Part shown: positions 11,151-22,200 of the stretch, piece after piece
How positions within the stretch are numbered: the stretch's first letter is position 1
Layout: every line of letters begins with the position of its first letter
Assembly (NCBI GenBank): GCA_002256025.1
Contig: NKIB01000118.1
Span: 1-35,110, forward strand
DNA from: Asterionella formosa
Lineage: Eukaryota
Reading direction: 5' to 3'
DNA length: 35,110 bases
The notes under the pieces: generated by a model
The model's input: the letters and a program-made list of their open reading frames with translations, nothing else
Told to the model about the DNA's origin: nothing
The model's database searches: none
Position numbers and translations under genes: made by a program

Positions 11151-13785
11151 CTTGCTGTGATAATCAATCTACCATTTGTGAGTACGGATTGAGTATTTGA
11201 GGGACAAAGCGCCAAGGGGTTAGAACAACTGAGCCACGACACAGCGCAAGACAACAACACGCACTCGGGGTGCTTGTACCAGTACTTAACTTGGTTAGCT
11301 ATCGTCGCATGAGTGCTTCTGATAAGCGCTGAAGGACACTCTCTTGAGTCGGCGTTTCTTTGGCGTAGTGGTGCGAGTTCAATTTGCCAATTTTACATCG
11401 ACAATGCGCACTTACTTCAGCCTACAGCGGCGATGTTTATGGTTGCATCAATTTGGTGCACGAGGATGGCGACAACTCTTTTCACTGTCATTTCTTGGCC
11501 AATTCATACCTTCTCGGCATATGTACCATACGTTAGTTGAGTTGTCTTTCGCAATGATATATCCTCTAAAACAATTTTATCTTGAACTTTTATTAAAATA
11601 TGTAGTTGTAACATCAATTACTTTTGTCTTGGAAATCACTGTATGATTCTGAACCATCACATGAAAACCTCGAAGAGAAGTCTTGTTCACTATAATAGTT
11701 CATATTATTTACGTGAAGTGCACAACTATAAACTGTAGATTGCCCATGCATGAAATAAGACACCACAAATATTTCACAAATAAAGATGTGTGTAGTAAAT
11801 GAATTAGCCACGAGAGCAGGATATTAGTTGAATTTTGAAATGAATTATTTGAAACATCAACTAATTCAGTCTCGAGTTCAAAGTTCATTGTGAAAACTTC
11901 ACATGAAACCGTTAAAAGTAACCTTTTTACGGGAAGAGTGGCATTAATTCATGTCAGGTACCCCATCATTAACAACCCTACGTAAATGAAATTTCGAAAA
12001 CTGGCGTATTTCGCGGCTTAGATGGAGAAATGAAGAAGTCACTGATGAAGAAATTGCGCCAGAGCTGGATGTGATGCTGATCAAAGCAATAATTTTTTTG
12101 ATAACGAAAACAAAAAAAATGAGTTGTAAGCCCTGGCATCACCAATTGTTTTGGAGACTTCAAATTGAATCACCAGAAGTGGGGAAAAAATGGAAATCTT
12201 CAAATCTATCCACACTTACCATCCCATTCTCCGGCATACACAAGAAGTGAAGTCATAGAGAAATGAATCAAGAACAAAGTTAGCTACCACAAAATTTTTA
12301 AACTACTTCCACATGAGGAAGTGACTACCAACCAAAATTTTCCACCGCCCAACTATGGGCCATGGAGCGCAATGACGGCAACTCTAGAAATAGAATAGTA
12401 ACAATGCCCTATAAAAATGATTAATATAAATATGATAGGAGTGAATTGAAAAAAAGTTTCGACAACTTCCATAAAACAATTTATAAGCCCACATAATTTT
12501 TGGGGCAAACTTACAATATTGTTGCATGCATGATCATATAATTTCTGTATGAACAACCACAGGTATTGTTATCAAAAATCACGAAATTTCTATGAACGAA
12601 TGAAAGCAAATAAAATACAAGCAGTTGCGAAATAGGAGGAGTTTTCAGTAAAGTGTTGACAATATAGTTTATTCCTAGTAATGCGGCTATTATGTTATTA
12701 TGTCACTAGAAGCATAGGCGAAATTGGGCACCAATCTATCTTGTCTACAGGTAGCATTCATCTGACATGCACAGAACAGCTGCAGTACTCCTCCCATGTC
12801 ATCAGATCCCCTTGATTCTTGATTAAGGTAAGCAATACAACTAAAAATCAAGCAATAGTGGTTTTGATGTGGAAATATTTGAGAATAAAAGGAGAGGAGA
12901 ATAAAATTGAGATAATCTTGCCATAGAAATTTTAAGTCGATCACCATATCTAATCAACATTGCAATCATGATTCTTACCTTGTTTTATTTAACTATTCAT
13001 GAATATACCAGATACAACATCAAATGTGTGGCTCGTCATTGAATCCTATAAAGATTGAGAAGCATTTTCGTCAGTTCATCGAAAAAAGGTAAAGGAAGGC
13101 AAAAATAACATACCCAGAAAAGCGCCAACAAGGACGGCTTGGACAAGAACCTCATTCTCCTATGAATCTTGAAACTGCTTTTGTAAATGGCTATAGTATA
13201 TAGGAAGGAGGTAGAAGTGCGAGAAGTAGAAGTTCGGGAATTGAAAACAATGGCAAGAAGAAAAACTACATACCAAGAAAGAGCCGACTATAAGGGCTTT
13301 AAAATGACTCACCTTCTTGATTGAATCTTGAATATTCAGCCAGTCATGAGAGGCTTTAAGCTAGAAAGGATGTAGGGATGAGAGAAGAAGAAGCTCAGAA
13401 AGAAGAACCATTGCATCAAACTTATGTCCATCATTTTCATTGTCGATTTTCCTTTTTGGCAGGACGATTTTTCAATTATGTGGTGTCAGGATGAGATATT
13501 TAATTAATTAAAAATGTTCACGGAAAAGAAAATAAGTGCGTTTGGCTGGATTCATGCTTGTGGTACCAGTACCCATATCTCTTGTAAGCGCTGCCAAGTA
13601 TATTATTTAGCTGAGATTATTATGATTTAAACCCAAAAAATTGTGGAAAAAGTGCCATAATATTTTAGAAAAGTAACAAAAATACGTCAATTTAGGCATA
13701 AATTCGAAAAAGTGCCGTAAACGGCGTTTTAGATGCATTGGTCATTAGATATCTTTTCCCAATACAAGATGATATACCATTCTAA

Positions 13786-13855
13786 AGGGAATGGCTTAAT
13801 GGTTTAGCACGTTGCCTTTGATCTGAGGATGGGATGTTCGATTCCCGCCATTTTT
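13786..13855 (+). ncRNA. tRNA-derived Pol III cassette copy 1 (pseudo-tRNA/SINE head)
   Basis: A-box TGGCTTAATGG (13792-13802), B-box GTTCGATTCC (13836-13845), T5 at 13851-13855. Cloverleaf is degenerate. Confidence 0.5.
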
Positions 13856-14424
13856 ATGAGAAACAATCGTTGGGTTCGACTGCCAAACTCCTTACCATCC
13901 CATACAGCCTTGCCTGGTGTGCAGGAAATAGTGGGTTGCCCCCACAAGCATCTTGTGCCGCCTTCCTAGGCAGTCGGAGTTTCCTACCCAAACGCTGTGG
14001 ATAAGATGATCACCTTTCGCAAAATGTGGTTGGGGACTCACCTACCCTAACAAAACTAGGGAAGCATAGGTCTTGTTGGCAGGTAGCACAATGAAAGAGT
14101 TGCCAAGAAAAAGGGGAGCATGAATGGGCTATAAAACATACTATCCTTTTATGCCATTCCAATACAAGGTTCACCTTGTATTGGCAAAAGGTTGGTATGT
14201 CAAGTCCAATGCAAGGTGAAAACAATTCCAGGTACTATCACTCGTCCAATTCAAGGTTTTCCTTTATTTGTCATGATAATATCATCCCATAAAAGGTATT
14301 CCGTATATTGGGCTCTGTTTTTTTCAAGAATACAAGGTGGCAACATTTTGCAATTAAATGTTGCCCCTATACTGTTTTGTACTGTACTATGATGTCATGT
14401 CCCAATACAAGGTGATAAGTTCCA

Positions 14425-14497
14425 GGGGAATGGCTTAATGGTTTGCACACATTCTGCAGTGGCGGGTTCGATTCCTGCATTCTCCATCTGTATTTTT
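14425..14497 (+). ncRNA. tRNA(Ala)-like Pol III cassette copy 2 with truncated anticodon arm
   Basis: GGGGAAT/ATTCTCC 7-bp acceptor stem with G3:U70 pair plus discriminator A; T-arm GCGGG-TTCGATT-CCTGC; A-box TGGCTTAATGG; T5 at 14493-14497; only 62 nt. Confidence 0.6.
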
Positions 14498-15229
14498 CAC
14501 AAAGTCCCTGCTAGGGTTCCTGGTGCCTGATCAAAAGACAGGTCTTGTTGAACTGTACAGACAAATAAAACCGGTACTAACTGTTTCCGTTTATTTGGGC
14601 CCAAGTGCGATTATTGGATAGCTTTAACAAAAAAATTAATTGACATTTTTACAAGTGATAAGTATCAATACAAGGTGACGATTATTTGCAATTCGAGGTA
14701 TCCTCTGTATTGGGTTTTGGCGGTACAATATCACATCCCAATACAAGGGCATAAGTTCGAGTACAAGGTGACAATATTTTGCAATTCAAGGTTGAACCTG
14801 TCTTGGTCTATAGTGCTGGTAAAGTCTACATAAGATATCATAGTAATGCATATCAATTAAATAAAACGTCAAATTTTTTTATTTATATGATCATTCAGTT
14901 ATATATGCTTTCAAAATTTTCTAAAAAGGTTTTGCCATCTGTCTGCAATGCAAATTGATGATATCATAGTAACCTCTCATTTATTAAGCGCTTTAAAACT
15001 GCTCTATTGCTAGTATGGAAGCTCCTGTAGCGCTTTCTGGCGCTGCCAGCCTTGGTTTTCTGTAATACTACTAACCATCCCAATACCTACTCAACAAACG
15101 TGATGATTTGGGCGCTGTAAAGTGGGGAGAATGGTGGATATGCTTATCCCTTCTTGAGAGGAAGTCAGATAAATGATCTTTCTTGCTGTCGGTGTCTGTA
15201 GTGCCATGATCAAAATCTTTCTCCCCTCG

Positions 15230-15720
15230 CCTTAATCGCCTAAATGACCTAGTAAAAAATTGGATTGCTTAGTAGTTTGAACTATTTGTGGAGGAGGAGT
15301 TGGTGCTGGCTGTGCCTGGATCGCTTGTCCCCCCTCCCCCTTGCTGAGAGGAGCTTCGTCAGAGAGTGATTGATTAAGTGAGTGACCCTGACGCAGATCT
15401 CGTCCCGATTTTTTAAAGCGCTGTGATTCTTGCGTCCTTGTCCGACTGCACTTTTCTTTTGTTCTTTTCATTTTTATGTAGAACATTGTTTCTGTCATCC
15501 CATGCTGTACTTGCTTAGACCCAGGTTTGCTCTATCGCTGCAACTGTCAGTTTGTGTGCCATAGCCCCCACTATCTTTTCTGCGAATTCCTCTAAGATTG
15601 CTAATCGATCCTCTGCTCAGTAATGAAGGTGTCCATGAGAAGGGTATGACTTGTTCCTTCTGAAACGCATCGGCTGCTATGGCCATGATGATAAATCCTT
15701 GACTCCGGGATGGCATGATT
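15230..15720 (-). mobile_element. Degenerate 3' fragment of a non-LTR retrotransposon ORF
   Basis: Manual translation ...AAIEQTWV*ASTAWDDRNNVLHKN..., the W-x6-W-x2-RN-x2-LH C-terminal motif also seen at ~25.05 kb and ~34.78 kb. Confidence 0.45.
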
Positions 15721-16375
15721 CATCAACATTGTCGAAAAGTGTTACTTCCAAGATTTGACTAGCAGCCTCAGAAAAATCGTTAAATCCTAATAGTGACTAC
15801 TACATAGTTCCGCGCCAAAATTGAGATGCTGACGCCTTCCTGTATTGTCGGTGACAATGGTCGAGGATTCCCTTTTATAACTTTTCCATGTGCTGTTTGC
15901 GGAATGAGAGTGATGAATTTTGAGCTGACCAAAGCGTCTGGTTCACTAGCTTAAGCTGGATTTGAATTTCCTTCATTATCAACCTTGTTTGAAAGAAATC
16001 AATTTTTGCACAAAAGTGTCCGAAAGTCCACAAACCATCAGTTAGGAAAGTTGGTGAATATTTGCATGCTTCGAAATTTTATTCACGTAAAAAAAGCAGG
16101 CAGTGTAATATTGAATGTCTGTATGTATGTCTGTAGTAGTAAAGTGCGAAATGACCAAATCAAGATACCAAAGAAATGTGAACCACGAAAACTAGTGTGT
16201 ACATGAAACTCAGAAAAAAGTGTATGTTTATGTTCTATCTTCTTGCATTTTGAGCTGTTGTGCCCTTTCCGAGATTTCATTTTCTCAAGTTTTCTCATCC
16301 ATTTGTACAGAGTACTATAGATAAAATTAATCATGCATTTGAAGTTATCAAGCTACTACTCACCGTGGACTCACA

Positions 16376-17881
16376 ATGTCTCGGTTTGTTTGTATCCAAA
16401 AAACTGGCCAAACGACGACCAAAACAACTTCCAGCAGCACTTTCAACTATTTGTTGTCAATGTTGGTGCAAAAAATAGTGTTCAACGATTATCTCGTCTA
16501 TGTTAGGCTACATATATGTGCGATCAGATGATAGTATTTCCTCTTCTGGGAAAAGGGTGTTGAGCCCAATAACTTTTCCATCCTGCCATTGTCACCTGCA
16601 GGCGACACTCCAGCATGCACATACCATTTTACTCTTCGCTTTGGCGACACTCCTTGGTGCTGGAAACCATACAAATCTTCTTTCATCATAGAGACAATTA
16701 CTGATTATACTTTAGCTTGTCGCAAGGCTGTCAAGAAGGTTTGGTCAACAGCCGAATTTACATTCGGAATGTGCTCTTATCATGCCTGGAATGCATGGGT
16801 AAGAAACAAGAAGAGAATGGGTGAAGAGTTCGAGGCATATAAGAGAAGTTCCTAGATATATAAAATTCCAATCCTTCGCGATTTGATGATTTTTAAGTGG
16901 ATCAACACATACAAGGAGGAGAAAGTTGCAACTGCATTGTTGCAACAATGGGGTCACACCATTCACACCAGAATTGAATTGAATAGTTCCAATCTACTTC
17001 GTGGTGGTTTGCCTGCACACAACAACAATACAGAGGGCATCAATAATGTTGAAAAATCATTCTTTGACCACAGGAAGCCCATGTTTGAGGATTGTTCCAA
17101 AGGGGCTCTATCATTTTGCTCCACTCTTCACCCATTGGTACATTCAATCAATGTCTACAAGTTGATTTATAGGCTCCTTGAGAAAAGCCAAAATGGAGAA
17201 GCTACATTTCTCACAGTGACATTTGATTTCAAGTGTGATGCAATTGGAATCGGAGAGGGTTCATTGTTGATTGCTACATTGTCTTTTGTAGACCTAAACA
17301 TTTTTCCACTATGCAAACAATGCAGTCCCAGAATACTGCAACTGCATTGTCACAGCATGGCTGGTCAGCTATCTCAATATCGAAAGAAGAGATATCATTA
17401 CATAGGGATCATGGAATCAGTTACTGCACTAACTGTTATGCAATTGATAAAGAAGAACAAAATGTATGATGAGTACAAGCGCCTTCTCCAAAATCCTGAA
17501 CAATATTCTGCTAACCACACATTTGATGATGTACTTTCCCTTACACGCAGGTTTCATATTGTTGAACCTATTGTGCCCAAGAATCAAAGCAATGATGTGG
17601 CTCTTAATAAATGTTTAGGAATTTTGGAAATGTGTGGATTGGGACCCATTTCTATTACCAGCTTGAAAGCAATGGGTAATGAAGGCCTCATATCTTGCCA
17701 TTGTCTCACATATTTAGCGAACGCGTGTTGTAAACATGCAGTTGCATTTGCATTTGAATGTGGAATTATTTCTAGTTTTCCGAAAACAATGCACCATCCA
17801 AAGCTACCTAGTATTAAGATAAAAGTTTCTGGATGAATCAAAGATGGGAAACCTGGAGGTAGCTTAGAATTTAATGGATGA
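16376..17881 (+). pseudogene. MULE/Mutator transposase C-terminal half (second D, CxxH, catalytic E, SWIM finger), frameshifted
   Basis: TITDYTLACRKAVKKVW...MCSYH (D at 16703, CxxH at 16772-16783); PAHNNNTEGINNVEK (E at 17033); SWIM SCHC..YLANACCKH (~17695-17737). Reading through TGA 17834 gives G*IKDGKPGGSLEFNG* ending at 17881. Start is approximate. Confidence 0.75.
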
Positions 17882-17925
17882 TTCTATTTATTAATAGAAC
17901 TAGCTAGTAGTGATTATAACAGTTG

Positions 17926-19740
17926 TTATTAGATAAGAATATTAATGGTTTTCCTAGCTCTAACCAGCTTTTCCAAGGCAGACCTAATGTACGAAAATAT
18001 TAATCTTTGCGCTTTGTGGGTGGTGTTCATTGCTTATCACTCCATATGCAATCGTTTTCGTTTGTTGAGCTAATTTGGTTGTAATTACTGGAAAAACGCT
18101 GTTTCCTTCTTGTGTCAGTCTGTAAGATGCATCAGCAGCAAAGAAGATTGAATTACCCCAGAATTCTGTATGTAGGCATTCAGCAACGGATTCTCTGTTG
18201 ATAGCACCGGAACCAAAGAGTCGTCTTCCGGTTGCGAGTCTATGCCAAGTAGGTACATTGAATGTACCATGAAATTTTGGATATTTTCCTTCTTGTACGA
18301 TTCAAGCACAGCAGTGATTCCTCCCCAGTTACTCCCTTGACCACTTATAAACCAAACCGATTTATTGCGCAAACGAGTGAGTCATTTCATGCATTTTTTC
18401 ATTTGAATTTCGTTTTGCCCTTGCATGTTCAATTTATCAGGGAAGTAATTAAGACAGACTGATAGTATTTGTGAATCCGTTTTCTTATGCCTTCCTTGAA
18501 AACATTATATTGGGAGTGTTTTAAATCACCAATCTCAATTGTGGTCAAATTCGTTTTGGTGTTAGATAATTCCTGAATTAAAAAGGGGCACTTACTGGAA
18601 TGACAAAATGTGCATCTTTTCTTGGTAATTCTGATTCCTAGTAGTTAGGAGCGAAAAGAGACTATCGATTCATAGGACAAGCAATTGGATAACATTTTGG
18701 ACTTGCTCCTGGTGGGCACAGATGTGGCTCGATTCAAGGAAGGAACCACGACTTAACAAAATCTAAATTCCCACTCAACCTTTTTTCATAAGGTCTAATC
18801 ATTCACAAAACTATTGGCAATGCGATTGGACATTCACACAAAGTCAAGGCCTGATACAAATATATATATATATGAGTATAGTGTTTTAGATATCATAAGG
18901 AAAAGCACCCAAAAGTTACTGCAATCCAAGTTGAAGCAAATGAGGGAGCAATAAATTCAATGGCTGTGTCAATACTCATCCAATAGATGATACAACACAT
19001 TCAAGAATCGTGATATTGTTTTCCAGTGGGTAGAAGCACAGCTCTAGATCTATATTTTCTCATGGCTGAGGGGACGGTTCTTCACTCTTACTCCGCATTT
19101 ATCATTGCATCATAAATACCATAGTATACTAGATATATAACTTTAAGCTTTAAACTGGAAATGCACACTGCTAGGAGGTAGGTCTTCAGCACTTTTGAGG
19201 GAAGCAAAGCCATGTGTTGCTTCATAAAATGAAGTGGTCGGTTTCAGCATCAATAAACATATCATTTTGGCGTCATCGGTATCATGCTGTTCCAGCAACT
19301 CTTGGATAAGTGCACTTCCAACCCCTATTGTGGGATTAGTGTCGTCATCGATATCCACGCCCCTTTGATTATTGGCGCCTGCATTCAATTATTCCGCCAA
19401 ATATGTATTGCTGTAGTTCTTCTTATCTTGTAAATCATAGTGAGTGTATACTTGAGCTTTTGATGTTTTCGTTGTTGTGTCTTGTCGTTCAGAGCTATTA
19501 CTCTTGTTTTTGCAAGCTTTGCCTCAAATGCCGCCATTCTTGGCTGGTGCAAGCGCACTTTCCACATTATCACATTTGTAGCTGTTTGCGTCAATTTTTT
19601 CTATTTTCCTTAGTTTCAATTCTATTGCCTCGCTTCCTCCTTTCATCACCTTTGCAGTAGTAGGATGTGTTGCCAATGATGTTGGTTGTTTAGTTGTATC
19701 GTCACAACCCTGCTCTGTGAAAGTTTGCTGCTTTGCCATG
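17926..19740 (-). pseudogene. MULE/Mutator transposase N-terminal half (charged N-term, Cys/His region, first catalytic D), frameshifted
   Basis: Manual translation: VLSTENPLLNAYIQNSG/fs/IFFAADASYRLTQEGNSVFPVITTKLAQQTKTIAYGVISNEHH/fs/AQRLIFSYIRSALEKLVRARKTINILI** (D at 18133-18131; TAA TAA at 17931-17926). 5' end is approximate. Confidence 0.65.
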
Positions 19741-20640
19741 TCCTTTTGCCTGATGATTCCCTAAAGGGTCCCGGAAACCTGTGTAGCTTGAATACCAGTG
19801 AATTCCTTGCTACTTTGTTTTGTACTAGACTAGTCCTTATTATTTTCGCCTTTGTACTTGGCTAATAAGTGTGACTGTGGCTATCAGGTCAGGTTTGTCA
19901 CCATCAGAAGCCTTTCTGGGGTCCAGACAATTGGAATCTGTATTTTTCTCACAAAGAGTAAAGGAATGAAAAGAAGGCTGGAATACTTGATTTAGCAGCT
20001 GGAAGGAAACATGGCTGAACCCACACAACGTAATGAGAGCAGCATCATGCTGGCTGTTTATCAGCTGAGTCCGAAACGGACTTGACAGAGGGTGTTATAC
20101 TGGTGCCTTCCACCAGATTTTGCTGCTCCTTTTCTGACCCATCAACAGTCCACCTTTCTCTAAAAATTGGCGGCATCTTACTGATGGATCACATGCTGCT
20201 ATGAATATTAGCAATGTGATGATCATGTCATCATCATCATCCTCAGGAGATGAGAAGAAATCTGACATGATCTGTAATCAATGATGATGAAATTATGCTC
20301 ATCAAAGATAATAGTATGTAGATTAAACAAGAGGAAACACAACACATGCGAGTCTAAATTTCTAAAAAAATTTAACTGGTGTATTTTCATTTCATTTCCT
20401 TTCCTTTCCATTTCAAGTCAGATTAGTACTAATCTAAAATATTTGGTGTATCTGAGCACAAAGATGAAATTATAAATACTTATAAATCAAATCACAAAGA
20501 AATTTGTCATAATATTTTTGGCACATAACGTTTTAGAACATGATCTAATTACCGATAGATACCAGTATACAATTCATGTACATACCGGTATTCGTAACGA
20601 ATTTTTAAAGGTCATACATAGGCTTCACACAACAGCGAAC

Positions 20641-21402
20641 TTAGAAAGAGGCAATCGACCTGAGTATTTTGTCAACCACGGGGGGTTCTCGAATACATGG
20701 AGGGAGGTAGATTAGACTGCTCAACGTCGGAATATCTTTCCAGGTTGGAAGGCTCAAAATCGCATTTTCTGTTCCTTGAGACATAGGACTTCGTTTGACC
20801 GCAAGATCATGCTTGTTCTCCGCCACGAGGGGCAAGTCTTTCGCAAGAGTTGTCCACCATTTTTCAGGTGGGGCCTCTTGTGCTTCATTAATACCAGAAA
20901 TGGCTCGTTGGATACCGGGAGGCAGGTGGATCCTTTGTTCCGAGACCGATGCGATCGAGGGGGCGGGCTCCACCTCCGGCTGTACATTGTCTTCGACGAT
21001 TTCGACTTCGACATCACCATAATCATTTGGAGGAATTGCTCTGGTTTGTAAATACTCAACAGGCAACAGCACTTCTACAGGTGGCTTCAACTCAGTGGCA
21101 TCCAATGAGGGGGCGCCGATTGCACGAAGAGATACATCGTCCCAAAGGGGGCAGCTATAGACAGCGTCGGGCACTGTTGGAGGTAGAATCGGTTCATTGT
21201 TCCTGCATGGGACCAAGTTCTGATTGAGAAGGTCAGGGCTAGGAGGTTGATAGTCCTCGGATATCGAAGTTATTTCTGAAGATTCCTCGCTTTCTAAATG
21301 TTTTTTCTTTCCGGCTCGAACAGAGAGCTTTCTGACGAACTTGAACGGCTGGAACCTTCGCTTACAGGTGACTTCCATCACTGAGATCGTATCTCCCGTC
21401 AT
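20641..21402 (-). CDS. Hypothetical Pro/Glu-rich protein
   Basis: 253-aa uninterrupted ORF, more GC-rich than its flanks; no recognisable domain. Confidence 0.6.
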   Translation of the reverse strand: MTGDTISVMEVTCKRRFQPFKFVRKLSVRAGKKKHLESEESSEITSISEDYQPPSPDLLNQNLVPCRNNEPILPPTVPDAVYSCPLWDDVSLRAIGAPSLDATELKPPVEVLLPVEYLQTRAIPPNDYGDVEVEIVEDNVQPEVEPAPSIASVSEQRIHLPPGIQRAISGINEAQEAPPEKWWTTLAKDLPLVAENKHDLAVKRSPMSQGTENAILSLPTWKDIPTLSSLIYLPPCIREPPVVDKILRSIASF

Positions 21403-22020
21403 GGTTTCTGGCAGTTCGGGTGGTTGAGGCTATAATATCGAACAATGTTTAAAAGTGAAACAATCAAGCGGGAAGACAATCGGAGTGTGCCGAACCTTCA
21501 GATGTCCTCCTTGGTGTTTTGAAAACGTCTCAATACTTGTTATTTATTTGAAAAGTTGAGTGCGGCATATATATTGTGGATATTCCTCTATGTGTTTATG
21601 TCAATCATTCGATATCTTTGTCAGCATATAAACATAAATATTTATCAATAATCGATCCCATGCTCTATGCAACACCAAGATACGACCAATGAAAAATGCA
21701 TGTATAGCCCTCAAAGTGGGCATAGCTCTATTCATGGCTGTGAGAAATTATGGCTAGCCGGCTCCAAGTCTCGTCCTCTATATAACATCGGTAATAGTTG
21801 ATGGCATTGCTGCTGGAAGACGTGGAAAATCTTTCAACAAATTTTATTTTACGTGGACGAAGGTAGCTACCGGTAGGTAAATCGTTAGCAGCGGCTGGTG
21901 GGTCCGGCAACATCCCAACGCCCAGCACCCTGGCAGCACAAAAATAAAAATTTTGAGGTTTGAAGCAATTGAGAAACTTCATACCGGCATGCATGTAGCT
22001 CCTTCCTGACACTGATCGAT

Positions 22021-22200
22021 TACCTGGTACCAGGTACCAGGTACCTGGTACCGGTACCTGGTATCAGGTACCTGGTATCTGGCACCTGGTATCTGGCACC
22101 TGGTATCTGGCACCCGGTACCAGGTCGAACGAGTACTGGTACCAGGTAGTGGTCCCAAGGCAGGTACGGAACAGGTACCCTGGTACCAGTACCAGGTACT
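22021..22200. repeat. (TA-CCWGG)n palindromic heptamer array
   Basis: TACCTGGTACCAGGTACCAGGTACCTGGTACCGGTACCTGGTATCAGGTACC..., with a 14-bp higher-order unit CACCTGGTATCTGG. Confidence 0.85.

Larger units (their letters stand above)
13758..14806. repeat. Array of CCAATACAAGGT-type motifs in both orientations (hairpin-forming)
   Basis: Copies at ~13758, 14159/14173 (perfect hairpin CCAATACAAGGT-TC-ACCTTGTATTGG), 14207, 14246, 14285, 14329, 14401, 14666, 14704(rc), 14737, 14761, 14783, 14797(rc). Confidence 0.75.

Noticed and set aside
14425..14486. Functional decoding tRNA gene
   Set aside because: Only 62 nt, lacks a canonical anticodon stem-loop and U8 spacing; reported as tRNA-like instead.
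13758..14806. CRISPR-like array (palindromic repeats with spacers)
   Set aside because: Repeats are ~12 bp, degenerate, in both orientations and irregularly spaced; no cas genes; eukaryotic context.
16100..20520. Long TIRs bounding the split MULE (16100-16330 vs 20240-20520)
   Set aside because: Only short low-complexity matches by eye; no TSD found.
22021..22200. Interstitial telomeric repeat
   Set aside because: The unit is self-complementary with no G-strand bias, unlike TTAGGG-type telomeres.
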